The notes under the pieces were generated by a model. The model ran no database searches. It was not told the DNA's origin and was given only the letters and a program-made list of their open reading frames with translations. Made by a program: the position numbers and the translations under genes. A stretch of 64,000 bases of DNA, from NCBI RefSeq assembly GCF_057098645.1, contig NZ_CM169472.1. One strand, written 5' to 3'. Shown here in pieces: positions 1-16,949 of this stretch. How positions within the stretch are numbered: the stretch's first letter is position 1; the number at the start of each line of letters is the position of its first letter.

Positions 1-24
1 GTGAGCTGAAAGCTGCGTCGCAAC

Positions 25-37
25 TGCTCTTTAACAA
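25..37 (+). promoter_or_regulatory. rrn leader boxA antitermination element (tgctctttaacaa)
   Basis: Exact boxA-like motif in the leader upstream of the 16S start; window begins inside the rrn leader. Confidence 0.7.
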
Positions 38-168
38 TTTATCAGACAATCTGTGTGGGCACTCGAAGATACGGATTCTTAACGTCGCAAGACGAAAAAT
101 GAATACCAAGTCTCAAGAGTGAACACGTAATTCATTACGAAGTTTAATTCTTTGAGCATCAAACTTTT

Positions 169-1710
<1,542 letters not shown>

Positions 1711-1778
1711 CCTTAAAGAAGCGTACTTTGCAGTGCTCACACAGATTGTCTGATGAAAATGAGCAGTAAAACCTCTAC

Positions 1779-1855
<77 letters not shown>

Positions 1856-1897
1856 AATTTGCACGGCAAATTTGAAGAGGTTTTAACTACATGTTAT

Positions 1898-1973
1898 GGG
1901 GCTATAGCTCAGCTGGGAGAGCGCCTGCTTTGCACGCAGGAGGTCTGCGGTTCGATCCCGCATAGCTCCACCA
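1898..1973 (+). tRNA. alaV: tRNA-Ala (TGC anticodon)
   Basis: ggggctatagctcagctgggagagc...gctccacca, 76 nt, in 16S-23S spacer. Confidence 0.97.
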
Positions 1974-2036
1974 TCTCTGTAGTGATTAAATAAAAAATAC
2001 TTCAGAGTGTACCTGCAAAGGTTCACTGCGAAGTTT

Positions 2037-2049
2037 TGCTCTTTAAAAA
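2037..2049 (+). promoter_or_regulatory. spacer boxA-like antitermination element (tgctctttaaaaa)
   Basis: boxA-like motif between tRNA-Ala and the 23S start. Confidence 0.55.
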
Positions 2050-2156
2050 TCTGGATCAAGCTGAAAATTGAAACACTGAACAACGAGAGTTGTTCGTGAG
2101 TTTCTCAAATTTTCGCAACACGATGATGAATCGAAAGAAACATCTTCGGGTTGTGA

Positions 2157-5061
<2,905 letters not shown>

Positions 5062-5153
5062 ACAACGCCGAAGCTGTTTTGGCGGATGAGAGAAGATTTT
5101 TAGCCTGATACAGATTAAATCAGAACGCAGAAGCGGTCTGATAAAACAGAATT

Positions 5154-5273
5154 TGCCTGGCGGCCTTAGCGCGGTGGTCCCACCTGACCCCATGCCGAAC
5201 TCAGAAGTGAAACGCCGTAGCGCCGATGGTAGTGTGGGGTCTCCCCATGCGAGAGTAGGGAACTGCCAGGCAT
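5154..5273 (+). rRNA. rrfH: 5S ribosomal RNA
   Basis: tgcctggcggcc...gggaactgccaggcat, 120 nt. Confidence 0.97.
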
Positions 5274-5463
5274 CAAATTACGAAGAATGGCAATGACCCT
5301 TGAGGCAGTTCACTACTCGATAGAGAGTAGGACAAAAGCGAAAGCTTTTGAACGTTGCGAAGCAACGGCCCGAAGGGTGAATCACGAAGTGATTCATAAA
5401 CTGCCAGGCATCAAATTAAGCAGTAAGCCGGTCATAAAACCGGTGGTTGTAAAAGAATTCGGT

Positions 5464-5540
5464 GGAGCGGTAGTTCAGTCGGTTAGAATACCTGCCTGTC
5501 ACGCAGGGGGTCGCGGGTTCGAGTCCCGTCCGTTCCGCCA
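5464..5540 (+). tRNA. aspU: tRNA-Asp (GTC anticodon), distal tRNA of the rrn operon
   Basis: ggagcggtagttcagtcggttagaatacctgcctgtcacgcaggg...ccgcca, 77 nt. Confidence 0.96.
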
Positions 5541-5550
5541 CTTATTAAGA

Positions 5551-5581
5551 AGCCTCGAGTTAACGCTTGAGGTTTTTTTTC
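5551..5581 (+). terminator. rrn operon intrinsic terminator
   Basis: GC hairpin cctcgagttaacgcttgagg followed by a T8 run. Confidence 0.7.
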
Positions 5582-5702
5582 GTCTGTATATCTATTATTG
5601 CCAGAATCGCAAAAATCCTCTGCATTTTACGCTCTTTTTCCTCAACAGTCTGAAGCCCATAATCACCTCAGTTAACGAAAATAGCATTAAAAGAGGCATA
5701 TT

Positions 5703-6506
5703 ATGGCTATCCCTGCATTTGGTTTAGGTACTTTCCGTCTGAAAGACGACGTTGTTATTTCATCTGTGAAAACGGCGCTAGAACTTGGTTATCGCGCAAT
5801 TGATACCGCACAAATCTATGATAACGAAGCTGCCGTAGGTCAGGCGATTGCAGAAAGTGGCGTGCCACGTCATGAACTCTACATCACCACTAAAATCTGG
5901 ATTGAAAATCTCAGCAAAGACAAATTGATCCCGAGTCTGCAAGAGAGCCTGCAAAAATTGCGTACCGATTATGTTGATCTGACGCTAATCCACTGGCCGT
6001 CACCAAACGATGAAGTCTCTGTTGAAGAGTTTATGCAGGCGCTGCTGGAAGCCAAAAAACAAGGGCTGACGCGTGAGATCGGTATTTCCAACTTCACGAT
6101 CCCATTGATGGAAAAGGCGATTGCTGCTGTTGGCGCTGAAAACATCGCTACTAACCAGATTGAACTCTCTCCTTATCTGCAAAACCGTAAAGTGGTTGCC
6201 TGGGCTAAACAGCACGGCATCCATATTACTTCCTATATGACGCTGGCGTATGGTAAGGCCCTGAAAGATGAGGTTATTGCTCGTATCGCAGCTAAACACA
6301 ATGCGACTCCGGCACAAGTGATTCTGGCGTGGGCTATGGGGGAAGGTTACTCAGTAATTCCTTCTTCTACTAAACGTAAAAACCTGGAAAGTAATCTTAA
6401 GGCACAAAATTTACAGCTTGATGCCGAAGATAAAAAAGCGATCGCCGCACTGGATTGCAACGACCGCCTGGTTAGCCCGGAAGGTCTGGCTCCTGAATGG
6501 GATTAA
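5703..6506 (+). CDS. dkgB: 2,5-diketo-D-gluconate reductase B (aldo-keto reductase)
   Basis: 267-aa ORF with AKR signature (IHWPSP, ISNF); position directly after rrnH. Confidence 0.9.
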   Translation: MAIPAFGLGTFRLKDDVVISSVKTALELGYRAIDTAQIYDNEAAVGQAIAESGVPRHELYITTKIWIENLSKDKLIPSLQESLQKLRTDYVDLTLIHWPSPNDEVSVEEFMQALLEAKKQGLTREIGISNFTIPLMEKAIAAVGAENIATNQIELSPYLQNRKVVAWAKQHGIHITSYMTLAYGKALKDEVIARIAAKHNATPAQVILAWAMGEGYSVIPSSTKRKNLESNLKAQNLQLDAEDKKAIAALDCNDRLVSPEGLAPEWD

Positions 6507-7417
6507 GCCTCTCTGACAGCTCCTCCGGGAGCTGTTTTTACATGCTCGCTAAGGAAATCGATAAAAGCCCGGATGCGCGTACTTACCGCACGGTCGCTGT
6601 AATAGACTGCACTGAATGGCATTTCCACTGGCAACACTTTATCTGCCATTAACTCCACCAATTCTCCGCGAGCGATTTCTCTGTCGATCATATAGTCGGA
6701 CAAACACGCAATCCCGTTCCCACTCAGGCAAAGCTGTTTCAGTGTTTCCCCACTATTGGATGACAAACCGTACTTCACCTCATGTAATTGTCCATCGCTA
6801 CAGGCTATCGGCCAGGTATTGAGGGAAGCGGGTTCAGTGAATCCCAGGCAAACATGTTGCTTTAAATCGTCGATCGTTTCTGGCTTCCCGTAGCGGGAAA
6901 TATAATCGGGGGAGGCGATAATTTTTCGATAACTGTTAAATAACGGCCTGGCACGTAAGCTGGAATCCGTTAACGTACCAGCGCGTATCGCGACATCCAC
7001 TTTTCTTTCGATCAAATTAATAATCGTTTCGGAGGAGACTAGCGACAAAGTGACTTCCGGATAGCGTTCACGGAAAGGCTTAATTAACGGCATCAGAAAG
7101 TGCAGCACCACTGGAGTTGCGGCATCGATCCGTAACAGTCCACGCGGTGTATTACGCGTCTCCATAATTTCTGATTCTGCCGCTGCCATCTCCTGCAAAA
7201 TTGACTGTACGCGACGGAAATAACGCTCGCCTTCTTCCGTCAGGCTAAGTTGTCGCGTGGTCCGATTAAGCAGGCTAACGCCAAGTTTCATCTCCAGCTT
7301 TTTCACCGCCCGGCTTACCGCTGAGTTTGCTTGCCCTAATTGTTCCGCTGCCCGGCTAAAGCTGCCGCTTTCTACGACCGAAACAAAAATGGCGAGTTCT
7401 TCCGACGTGGCTTTCAT
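6503..7417 (-). CDS. yafC: LysR-family transcriptional regulator
   Basis: 304-aa ORF, N-terminal wHTH typical of LysR regulators; overlaps dkgB 3' end. Confidence 0.85.
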   Translation of the reverse strand: MKATSEELAIFVSVVESGSFSRAAEQLGQANSAVSRAVKKLEMKLGVSLLNRTTRQLSLTEEGERYFRRVQSILQEMAAAESEIMETRNTPRGLLRIDAATPVVLHFLMPLIKPFRERYPEVTLSLVSSETIINLIERKVDVAIRAGTLTDSSLRARPLFNSYRKIIASPDYISRYGKPETIDDLKQHVCLGFTEPASLNTWPIACSDGQLHEVKYGLSSNSGETLKQLCLSGNGIACLSDYMIDREIARGELVELMADKVLPVEMPFSAVYYSDRAVSTRIRAFIDFLSEHVKTAPGGAVREA

Positions 7418-7606
7418 TTTTGCTCCTGTTGCAAAATAGAAGAGATATTTTGAATTTATTTGTCATTAAACCATCAGGATGCGTGATATGTCATCCGATT
7501 TAATGTTCTCAATAATGAGCAAAATTCTGACCGGTGTAAGCACTTGCTTACATAACAATATACAATTGCTCGTTGAAAGAGTGAGCTAAAATCCCTATAA
7601 CAGTAG

Positions 7607-8458
<852 letters not shown>

Positions 8459-8461
8459 GGT

Positions 8462-9085
8462 ATGTCAGGTCTGCCACAGGGCAGACCAACGTTTGTCGCT
8501 GCGCAAAACGTGAGCACGGTGGTGGCGTATGACTTATCTGCCCATATGCTGGATGTCGTGGCACAAGCTGCCGAAGCCCGGCAACTGAAAAATATCACCA
8601 CCCGCCAGGGATATGCCGAAAGTCTGCCATTTGCCGATAACGCATTTGATATTGTTATCAGCCGTTATTCTGCCCATCACTGGCATGATGTTGGTGCAGC
8701 ACTGCGAGAAGTGAATAGGATATTGAAACCTGGCGGTAGGCTGATTGTGATGGACGTAATGTCTCCGGGTCACCCAGTGCGCGACATCTGGTTACAGACG
8801 GTAGAAGCATTACGCGATACCTCTCACGTACGAAACTACGCCAGCGGTGAGTGGTTGACGTTAATCAATGAAGCCAATCTGATAGTTGATAATTTAATTA
8901 CAGATAAGTTACCGCTGGAATTTTCTTCATGGGGCGCGAGAATGCGTACGCCAGAAGCGTTAGTAGACGCTATTCGCATTTACCAACAGAGCGCATCGAC
9001 AGAGGTGAGAACGTATTTTGCCTTGCAGAATGATGGCTCTTTCACCAGTGATATCATCATGGTAGATGCACATAAAGCGGCATAA
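8462..9085 (+). CDS. yafE: SAM-dependent methyltransferase
   Basis: 207-aa ORF with class I methyltransferase motifs; synteny. Confidence 0.8.
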   Translation: MSGLPQGRPTFVAAQNVSTVVAYDLSAHMLDVVAQAAEARQLKNITTRQGYAESLPFADNAFDIVISRYSAHHWHDVGAALREVNRILKPGGRLIVMDVMSPGHPVRDIWLQTVEALRDTSHVRNYASGEWLTLINEANLIVDNLITDKLPLEFSSWGARMRTPEALVDAIRIYQQSASTEVRTYFALQNDGSFTSDIIMVDAHKAA

Positions 9086-9089
9086 ATAA

Positions 9090-9118
9090 AAAAGGCACCG
9101 GGGGAATCGGTGCCTTTT
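9090..9118. terminator. bidirectional intrinsic terminator between yafE and mltD
   Basis: Hairpin ggcaccgggggaatcggtgcc flanked by A-run and T-run. Confidence 0.6.
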
Positions 9119-9132
9119 GATTATCTGATTTG

Positions 9133-10491
9133 TCAGGAATCTGGCATGTTGTTGTTTTTCACAAACAACGTCAGCTTATCGCCTGGTTGCAGATTCGCAG
9201 TGTCGCTGTTCCAGCGCATCACATCTTTGATGTTCACGCCGTGGCGTTTAGCAATGCTTGAAAGCGAATCGCCTTTGCGCACACGATACGTAATGCTATC
9301 GCTGTTGTTTGCCAGTCGCTGTGCGCTACTGCCTGCGCCAATCGTCAAACTTTGGCCTGGCTTCAGCTTAGATCCGCGCAGTTTGTTCCACTGCTGCAAA
9401 TCTTTGGTGCTTACGCCGAGACGTGAAGCGATACTTGAAAGCGTGTCGCCAGAGCGTACGGTGTAAACACGGCTGTTAAGCGGCGTATTGTCGGCAACCA
9501 GCGTCGACTGTACAGCAGCAATTTCGCCTGAAGCCAGAGATTCACGCAGTTGATCTGCATGCTTCTTTGGCACCATCACGTACTGCGGACCACTTGCGCC
9601 CAGCGTGGAGCCTTTCACGCCAGCGTTGAATGTCTTCAGCTTGCTGACGGAAATCCCCGCCATATCTGCAACCTTCGCCATTTCAACCGGGCTGCTCAGG
9701 TGCACACGCGCCAGAGCACGGCTTTCATCGGTCGTTGGCAGACGTACGCCATAACGCTTGCTGTTTTTGAGAATATCACTCAATGCCAGCATTTTAGGCA
9801 CGTACTGCTTCGTTTCCTGCGGCAACGGTAACGACCAGAAGTCCGTGGATTTCCCACGCGCTTTGTTCGTTTTAATTGCCTTCATGACCCGACCTTCGCC
9901 GCTGTTATAAGCCGCTACGGTCAGAAGCCAGTCGCCGTCAAACATTTTGTTCAGACGCTGCATCATGTTCAGCGCGGCAGTTGTTGAAGCAACAACATCG
10001 CGACGCGCGTCATAATTGCGGGTCTGTTTCAAACCATAATTGCGCCCCGTGCTCGGAATGATCTGCCAGATGCCTGCGGCATTGGCACCAGACGTTGCGT
10101 GAGGATCAAAAGCGCTCTCCACTATGGGTAGTAGTACCAGTTCCATAGGCATGTTACGTTTTTTAACTTGCCCGGCTATCCAGTACATATACGGCTCTGC
10201 CCGTAAAGTTACATCGTGGAGATAGCTCTTATTGCGTAAATATTTCTGTTTCTGTTCGCGAATCCGGTCATTTTCCGGAATTCCCATCTTTAGCTCGTCG
10301 CCAATGAAAGCCCACAAGTCACCATCTGGCGCGATAGACGTCCCATCGTCCATCCATCGTGCCTGACTTGTAAACTTTGCTGCTTCCCCTTGACCAGCTG
10401 CAGAAAGGCTCTGTGCGTGCTGTTGAACGTTGCCGGTACTCTGGCAACCCACGAGCAGGACAGAGGCGAGTAATATCGCTTTTGCCTTCAT
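9133..10491 (-). CDS. mltD: membrane-bound lytic murein transglycosylase D (lipoprotein, LysM repeats)
   Basis: 452-aa ORF, lipoprotein signal LLVGC, SLT domain, two C-terminal LysM repeats. Confidence 0.9.
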   Translation of the reverse strand: MKAKAILLASVLLVGCQSTGNVQQHAQSLSAAGQGEAAKFTSQARWMDDGTSIAPDGDLWAFIGDELKMGIPENDRIREQKQKYLRNKSYLHDVTLRAEPYMYWIAGQVKKRNMPMELVLLPIVESAFDPHATSGANAAGIWQIIPSTGRNYGLKQTRNYDARRDVVASTTAALNMMQRLNKMFDGDWLLTVAAYNSGEGRVMKAIKTNKARGKSTDFWSLPLPQETKQYVPKMLALSDILKNSKRYGVRLPTTDESRALARVHLSSPVEMAKVADMAGISVSKLKTFNAGVKGSTLGASGPQYVMVPKKHADQLRESLASGEIAAVQSTLVADNTPLNSRVYTVRSGDTLSSIASRLGVSTKDLQQWNKLRGSKLKPGQSLTIGAGSSAQRLANNSDSITYRVRKGDSLSSIAKRHGVNIKDVMRWNSDTANLQPGDKLTLFVKNNNMPDS

Positions 10492-10562
10492 GTGTGTGTC
10501 AATAGTTGCTTAAAAGACGACCGATCATAACGGCGAACGAAGCCGATGACAAGAAAGTTTTA

Positions 10563-11321
<759 letters not shown>

Positions 11322-11351
11322 TTACCTCTCAGTGTGAAACGGAAGGTTGTG

Positions 11352-12074
11352 ATGAAACCGGCAAGAGTCCCTCAAACTGTCGTGGCTCCTGATTGCTGGG
11401 GCGATTTGCCCTGGGGAGAGCTTTATCGCAAGGCGCTGGAGCGCCAGCTCAACCCATGGTTCACGAAAATGTATGGTTTTCATCTGCTTAAGATTGGCAA
11501 TTTAAGCGCAGAAATCAATTGCGAAGCGTGCGCGGTTTCTCATCAAGTGAATGTTTCTGCTCAAGGAATGCCCGTCCAGGTGCAGGCGGATCCACTTCAT
11601 CTTCCTTTTGCCGATAAATCCGTTGATGTTTGTCTACTGGCACATACATTGCCGTGGTGCACCGATCCGCATCGTTTATTGCGTGAAGCCGATCGGGTAT
11701 TGATTGATGATGGCTGGCTGGTGATTAGTGGCTTCAATCCCATTAGTTTAATGGGATTACGCAAACTTGTGCCGGTATTGCGAAAAACCTCGCCCTATAA
11801 CAGCCGGATGTTTACTCTGATGCGGCAACTGGACTGGCTCTCTTTGTTGAATTTTGAAGTGCTGCACGCCAGCCGTTTCCACGTTCTCCCGTGGAACAAA
11901 CACGGAGGAAAACTTTTGAATGCGCATATTCCTGCGCTTGGTTGCTTACAACTTATTGTTGCCCGGAAACGGACTATTCCTTTAACGCTAAACCCGATGA
12001 AACAGAGTAAAAACAAGCCACGAATTCGCCAGGCGGTTGGAGCCACCCGGCAATGTCGTAAACCACAGGCTTAA
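11352..12074 (+). CDS. yafS: putative SAM-dependent methyltransferase
   Basis: ORF 11334-12074; internal ATG at 11352 with ggaagg RBS gives 240 aa. Confidence 0.8.
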
Positions 12075-12538
12075 ACTTCGACTTGGTAGCCCGTATCTTC
12101 CAGTGTGGGATTCATCGCCGCGGCACGAGCCAGTTCATCACAGCGTTCGTTTTCCGGGTGTCCGGCATGGCCTTTAACCCATTCCCATTTGATTTGATGC
12201 TGCCCCAGCGCAGCATCAAGACGTTGCCAGAGATCGACATTTTTAACTGGTTTTTTGTCTGCTGTTTTCCAGCCACGTTTTTTCCAGTTATGGATCCACT
12301 GGGTGATACCCTGGCGGACATACTGGCTGTCGGTACTCAAAATGACTTCGCAATGTTCTTTTAACGCCTCCAGCGCGACAATAGCGGCCATCAACTCCAT
12401 ACGGTTGTTGGTGGTGCGGGTGTAGCCAGCGCTAAAGGTTTTCTCGCGTCCGCGATAGCGTAAAATAGCGCCATAACCCCCAGGTCCGGGATTGCCCAGA
12501 CACGAACCATCGGTGAAAATTTCTACCTGTTTAAGCAT
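12071..12538 (-). CDS. rnhA: ribonuclease HI
   Basis: 155-aa product [23 protein letters not shown]... from the internal start of a 192-aa ORF. Confidence 0.93.
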
Positions 12539-12602
12539 CTCTGGTAGACTTCCTGTAATTGAATCGAACTGTAAAATGACAAGTCTGACATAAATGACCG
12601 CT

Positions 12603-13334
12603 ATGAGCACTGCAATTACACGCCAGATCGTTCTCGATACCGAAACCACCGGTATGAACCAGATTGGTGCGCACTATGAAGGCCACAAGATCATTGAGAT
12701 TGGTGCCGTTGAAGTGGTGAACCGTCGCCTGACGGGCAATAACTTCCATGTTTATCTCAAACCCGATCGGCTGGTGGATCCGGAAGCCTTTGGCGTACAT
12801 GGTATTGCCGATGAATTTTTGCTCGATAAGCCCACGTTTGCCGAAGTAGCCGATGAGTTCATGGACTATATCCGCGGCGCGGAGTTGGTGATCCATAACG
12901 CAGCGTTCGATATCGGCTTTATGGACTACGAGTTCTCGTTGCTTAAGCGCGATATTCCGAAGACTAATACCTTCTGTAAGGTCACCGATAGCCTTGCGGT
13001 GGCGAGGAAAATGTTTCCCGGTAAACGCAACAGCCTCGATGCGTTATGTGCCCGCTACGAAATAGATAACAGTAAACGAACGCTGCACGGGGCATTACTC
13101 GATGCCCAGATCCTTGCGGAAGTTTATCTGGCGATGACCGGTGGTCAAACGTCGATGGCTTTTGCGATGGAAGGAGAGACACAACAGCAACAAGGTGAAG
13201 CAACAATTCAGCGCATTGTACGTCAGGCAAGTAAGTTACGCGTTGTTTTTGCGACAGATGAAGAGCTTGCAGCACATGAAGCCCGTCTCGATCTGGTGCA
13301 GAAGAAAGGCGGAAGCTGCCTCTGGCGAGCATAA
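12603..13334 (+). CDS. dnaQ: DNA polymerase III epsilon subunit (3'-5' proofreading exonuclease)
   Basis: 243-aa product [19 protein letters not shown]..., DEDDh exonuclease; divergent from rnhA. Confidence 0.93.
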
Positions 13335-13466
13335 ATACCTGTGAAAGGCGCTAAAAATAGCGACTTGGGCGATTTTTGCAGCAAACGATTCAAAAGATGA
13401 GAAAAACCATTGACGACGGGTGAGGCAATCCGTAATATTCGCCTCGTTCCCAACGGAACACAACGC

Positions 13467-13543
13467 GGAGCGGTAGTTCAGTCGGTTAGAATACCTGCCT
13501 GTCACGCAGGGGGTCGCGGGTTCGAGTCCCGTCCGTTCCGCCA
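13467..13543 (+). tRNA. aspV: tRNA-Asp (GTC)
   Basis: Identical 77-nt tRNA-Asp sequence to the rrn-distal copy. Confidence 0.96.
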
Positions 13544-13572
13544 AATTTACCTCATGAAAATGAGGTTCAGAG

Positions 13573-13605
13573 AACCGCAAGATTTTTAATTTTGCGGTTT
13601 TTTGC
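13573..13605 (+). terminator. intrinsic terminator after aspV
   Basis: Hairpin aaccgcaagatttttaattttgcggtt followed by a T-run. Confidence 0.65.
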
Positions 13606-13873
13606 ATTTAAATCCCGCTATTTCTTCGGTCTATGATTTTGTTATGCTGTAAATGTGTTAATCACATATGGTAGACCATATCATTAATATTTAATCATAC
13701 TATCGAATCATTCAATTTAAATATATTTGCATGTTATGATTTTCATTTTTCTATTGATTTAATGAATTTATATTTGCTGTTATTTTTGTTTGTTCTGATT
13801 CAAGTGGAGTATATAATTAAAAATCGTTAGCTAAACATTACCATGATTATGACAGGCGAGGGAGTGTCCGATT

Positions 13874-14659
13874 ATGAATTTAAGAAGGGTTTGTTGTATA
13901 TGTGTATTATTCTCGCTGCTTGCAGGATGTGCCTCTGAATCTCCTATTGATGAAAAAAAGAAAAAAACTCAAACCGCACAAAGTTCTATTAATAAAAACG
14001 TTCCCCAGCAACTAACAGACAAAGATTTATATGGTAATGAAACCACACTGGTTGTATCTGAGGAGGATATTCAAGCTGCGCTTGAAGGAGATGAGTTTCG
14101 TGTGCCTCTTAATTCTCCCGTTATACTTGTTCAGTCTGGCAGTCGCGCACCGGAAACCATTATGCAGGAGGAGATGAGAAAATATTATACAGTTGTCACA
14201 TTTTCTGGCATTCCTGACAGGCAAAAACCTGTAACTTGTAATAAAGACAAAAACAAAGATGAAAGTCTGGATGTTGTAGATGCCGAAAATATGAACTGGA
14301 TGCAGGCATTACGTTTTGTTGCGGCAAAAGGCCATCAGAAAGCGATTATTGTTTTCCAGGATACGTTGCAGACAGGAAAATATGACTCTGGATTGAAATC
14401 AATAGTTTGGTCAGATTATAAAAATCAAAAATTGACTGACACGATGTCACTGCGTTATTTGGTTCGATTCACGCTGGTGGATGTGGCTACAGGTGAGTGG
14501 GCTACCTGGTCGCCTGTGAATTATGAATCGAAAGTGATTTTTCCGCAGATAGGGAATAAAAATTCTGACAGCCTTGATGTGGCAGAACAGCAGATTTCAC
14601 AACTTAAGCAGAAAACGTACGCAGCAGTGGTTAAAGATCTGGTGAATCGCTATCAGTAG
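13874..14659 (+). CDS. yafT: lipoprotein YafT
   Basis: 261-aa ORF, lipobox LLAGCAS; AT-rich surroundings typical of island DNA. Confidence 0.75.
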   Translation: MNLRRVCCICVLFSLLAGCASESPIDEKKKKTQTAQSSINKNVPQQLTDKDLYGNETTLVVSEEDIQAALEGDEFRVPLNSPVILVQSGSRAPETIMQEEMRKYYTVVTFSGIPDRQKPVTCNKDKNKDESLDVVDAENMNWMQALRFVAAKGHQKAIIVFQDTLQTGKYDSGLKSIVWSDYKNQKLTDTMSLRYLVRFTLVDVATGEWATWSPVNYESKVIFPQIGNKNSDSLDVAEQQISQLKQKTYAAVVKDLVNRYQ

Positions 14660-15000
14660 TAAGGTTTTATACCAGACGTTTTAATGGTACTTAGCAAGAA
14701 AGAGCATTTTCTTTTCTATTTATACTCTGGTTCAAGTCTGCTAATTAATTTTACATATATATTTTTTTAGGAGTAGTAAAAAACTTTACTAAAGTTATTT
14801 ATTGTTCTCTCAACATATAAGCTGTAGTTCGAGTTTTCGGTTGAACTGTCAAAAATACATCATACACATCTATAAAACAGCAGGTACGGTTAATTAAGAA
14901 TTTTTATTCGTGATTAACCGTACTTCATCATTTTATTTTATAATGTTAAATTGCCTTTTTAAAATATAACAATAATGCAGATGAAAAACTCCCAGGTAAC

Positions 15001-15480
15001 TTAGAAAATCCGTTCACTCCAAAGGCTGTACGCACTGGTTCCGGCGACGCTGTGCTCCCAGTTGATACTCTCATAGGTAAATGACACAGACTCTTCCGGC
15101 TGTCCTGGGCTGTCGTTAATGGTATGGGGAACGGTAAGGCCAATGTTTGAGATCCGGGCGTTAGTCAGTTTCACCTTGTAGTACGGTTCATTAACACCAA
15201 AGCGGTTGGTGCGATAGAATACAAAATCACAGGTCAGACATTCATTCTCCGAAATGGCCTTGCCCAGCAGGGGGGAAGATTTATCCACCGGTTTCGTGAT
15301 GGTCAGCTCCTGGTGGTTGACATTCTGCGCCCGGCTCAGACCATGGGACAGTGACGTCACCATGATCTGATCCTGATGTGCAATCTGGGCTTTGTTACCG
15401 ATGGACGGCATTGACGAGCATCCGGATGAAATCAGCCCCTGAAGTTCTCCGTTCAGTGTCAGATAGACGGGATTTGCCAT
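15001..15480 (-). CDS. hcp: Hcp family type VI secretion tube protein (orphan)
   Basis: 159-aa product from MANPVYLTLNG... with Hcp-like motifs; aaggag RBS upstream of the ATG at 15480; the ORF track extends it upstream without protein-like sequence. Confidence 0.75.
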   Translation of the reverse strand: MANPVYLTLNGELQGLISSGCSSMPSIGNKAQIAHQDQIMVTSLSHGLSRAQNVNHQELTITKPVDKSSPLLGKAISENECLTCDFVFYRTNRFGVNEPYYKVKLTNARISNIGLTVPHTINDSPGQPEESVSFTYESINWEHSVAGTSAYSLWSERIF

Positions 15481-15718
15481 TGTTATTCTCCTTAAACTCA
15501 ATGAGTCGGAAGGACTGGCACGGTGCTGTTGTCCGTTGCCATATCCTGTCCGGTATTTTTCAGCAACAGCCAGCGGCTTAACAGCCCATCCAGCCGTTGG
15601 TTGATCTCTTTTGCTAGCGCCTGTGTGTCCTGATTCTGCGTGCGGGTCTCCTGTGATCTTACCCAGCAATAGTGGACACGCGGCTAAGTGAGTAAACTCT
15701 CAGTCAGAGGTGACTCAC

Positions 15719-16018
15719 ATGACAAAAACAGTATCAACCAGTAAAAAACCCCGTAAACAGCATTCGCCTGAATTTCGCAGTGAAGCCCTGAAGCTTGCTG
15801 AACGCATCGGTGTTACTGCCGCAGCCCGTGAACTCAGCCTGTATGAATCACAGCTCTACAACTGGCGCAGTAAACAGCAAAATCAGCAGACGTCTTCTGA
15901 ACGTGAACTGGAGATGTCTACCGAGATTGCACGTCTCAAACGCCAGCTGGCAGAACGGGATGAAGAGCTGGCTATCCTCCAAAAGGCCGCGACATACTTC
16001 GCGAAGCGCCTGAAATGA
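15719..16018 (+). CDS. insE: IS3 OrfA (InsE) transposase N-terminal HTH part
   Basis: [32 protein letters not shown]... Confidence 0.9.
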
Positions 16019-16881
16019 AGTATGTCTTTATTGAAAAACATCAGGCTGAGTTCAGCATCAAAGCAATGTGCCGCGTGCTCCGGGTGGCCCGCAGCGGCTG
16101 GTATACGTGGTGTCAGCGGCGGACAAGGATAAGCACGCGTCAGCAGTTCCGCCAACACTGCGACAGCGTTGTCCTCGCGGCTTTTACCCGGTCAAAACAG
16201 CGTTACGGTGCCCCACGCCTGACGGATGAACTGCGTGCTCAGGGTTACCCCTTTAACGTAAAAACCGTGGCGGCAAGCCTGCGCCGTCAGGGACTGAGGG
16301 CAAAGGCCTCCCGGAAGTTCAGCCCGGTCAGCTACCGCGCACACGGCCTGCCTGTGTCAGAAAATCTGTTGGAGCAGGATTTTTACGCCAGTGGCCCGAA
16401 CCAGAAGTGGGCAGGAGACATCACGTACTTACGTACAGATGAAGGCTGGCTGTATCTGGCAGTGGTCATTGACCTGTGGTCACGTGCCGTTATTGGCTGG
16501 TCAATGTCGCCACGCATGACGGCGCAACTGGCCTGCGATGCCCTGCAGATGGCGCTGTGGCGGCGTAAGAGGCCCCGGAACGTTATCGTTCACACGGACC
16601 GTGGAGGCCAGTACTGTTCAGCAGATTATCAGGCGCAACTGAAGCGGCATAATCTGCGTGGAAGTATGAGCGCAAAAGGTTGCTGCTACGATAATGCCTG
16701 CGTGGAAAGCTTCTTTCATTCGCTGAAAGTGGAATGTATCCATGGAGAACACTTTATCAGCCGGGAAATAATGCGGGCAACGGTGTTTAATTATATCGAA
16801 TGTGATTACAATCGGTGGCGGCGGCACAGTTGGTGTGGCGGCCTCAGTCCGGAACAATTTGAAAACAAGAACCTCGCTTAG
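16015..16881 (+). CDS. insF: IS3 OrfB (InsF) transposase catalytic DDE part
   Basis: 288-aa ORF in -1 frame relative to insE with integrase-core motifs. Confidence 0.9.
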
Positions 16882-16949
16882 GCCTGTGTCCATATTACGT
16901 GGGTAGGATCAATACCCCGACTCTCCCCGTCCTTAAACACAACCCCCAC

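Larger units (their letters stand above)
15654..16911 (+). mobile_element. IS3 insertion sequence, complete, 1258 bp
   Basis: Left IR tgatcttacccagcaatagtggacacgcgg at 15654; right IR reverse complement tgatcctacccacgtaatatggacacagg ending 16911; orfA/orfB inside. Confidence 0.9.

Noticed and set aside
5287-5727. 146-aa plus-strand ORF spanning the 5S-tRNA-Asp spacer into the dkgB start
   Set aside because: It reads through a tRNA and a terminator hairpin; not protein-like.
6516-6539. Possible dkgB terminator hairpin acagctcctccgggagctgttttt
   Set aside because: It falls inside the 3' coding region of the convergent yafC gene; it may still act as a terminator, but I did not list it as a feature because the overlap makes it uncertain.
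15481-15669. N-terminal extension of the hcp ORF to 222 aa
   Set aside because: The upstream 63 residues are not protein-like and lack an RBS; the internal ATG at 15480 has a strong aaggag RBS and yields a canonical Hcp start.
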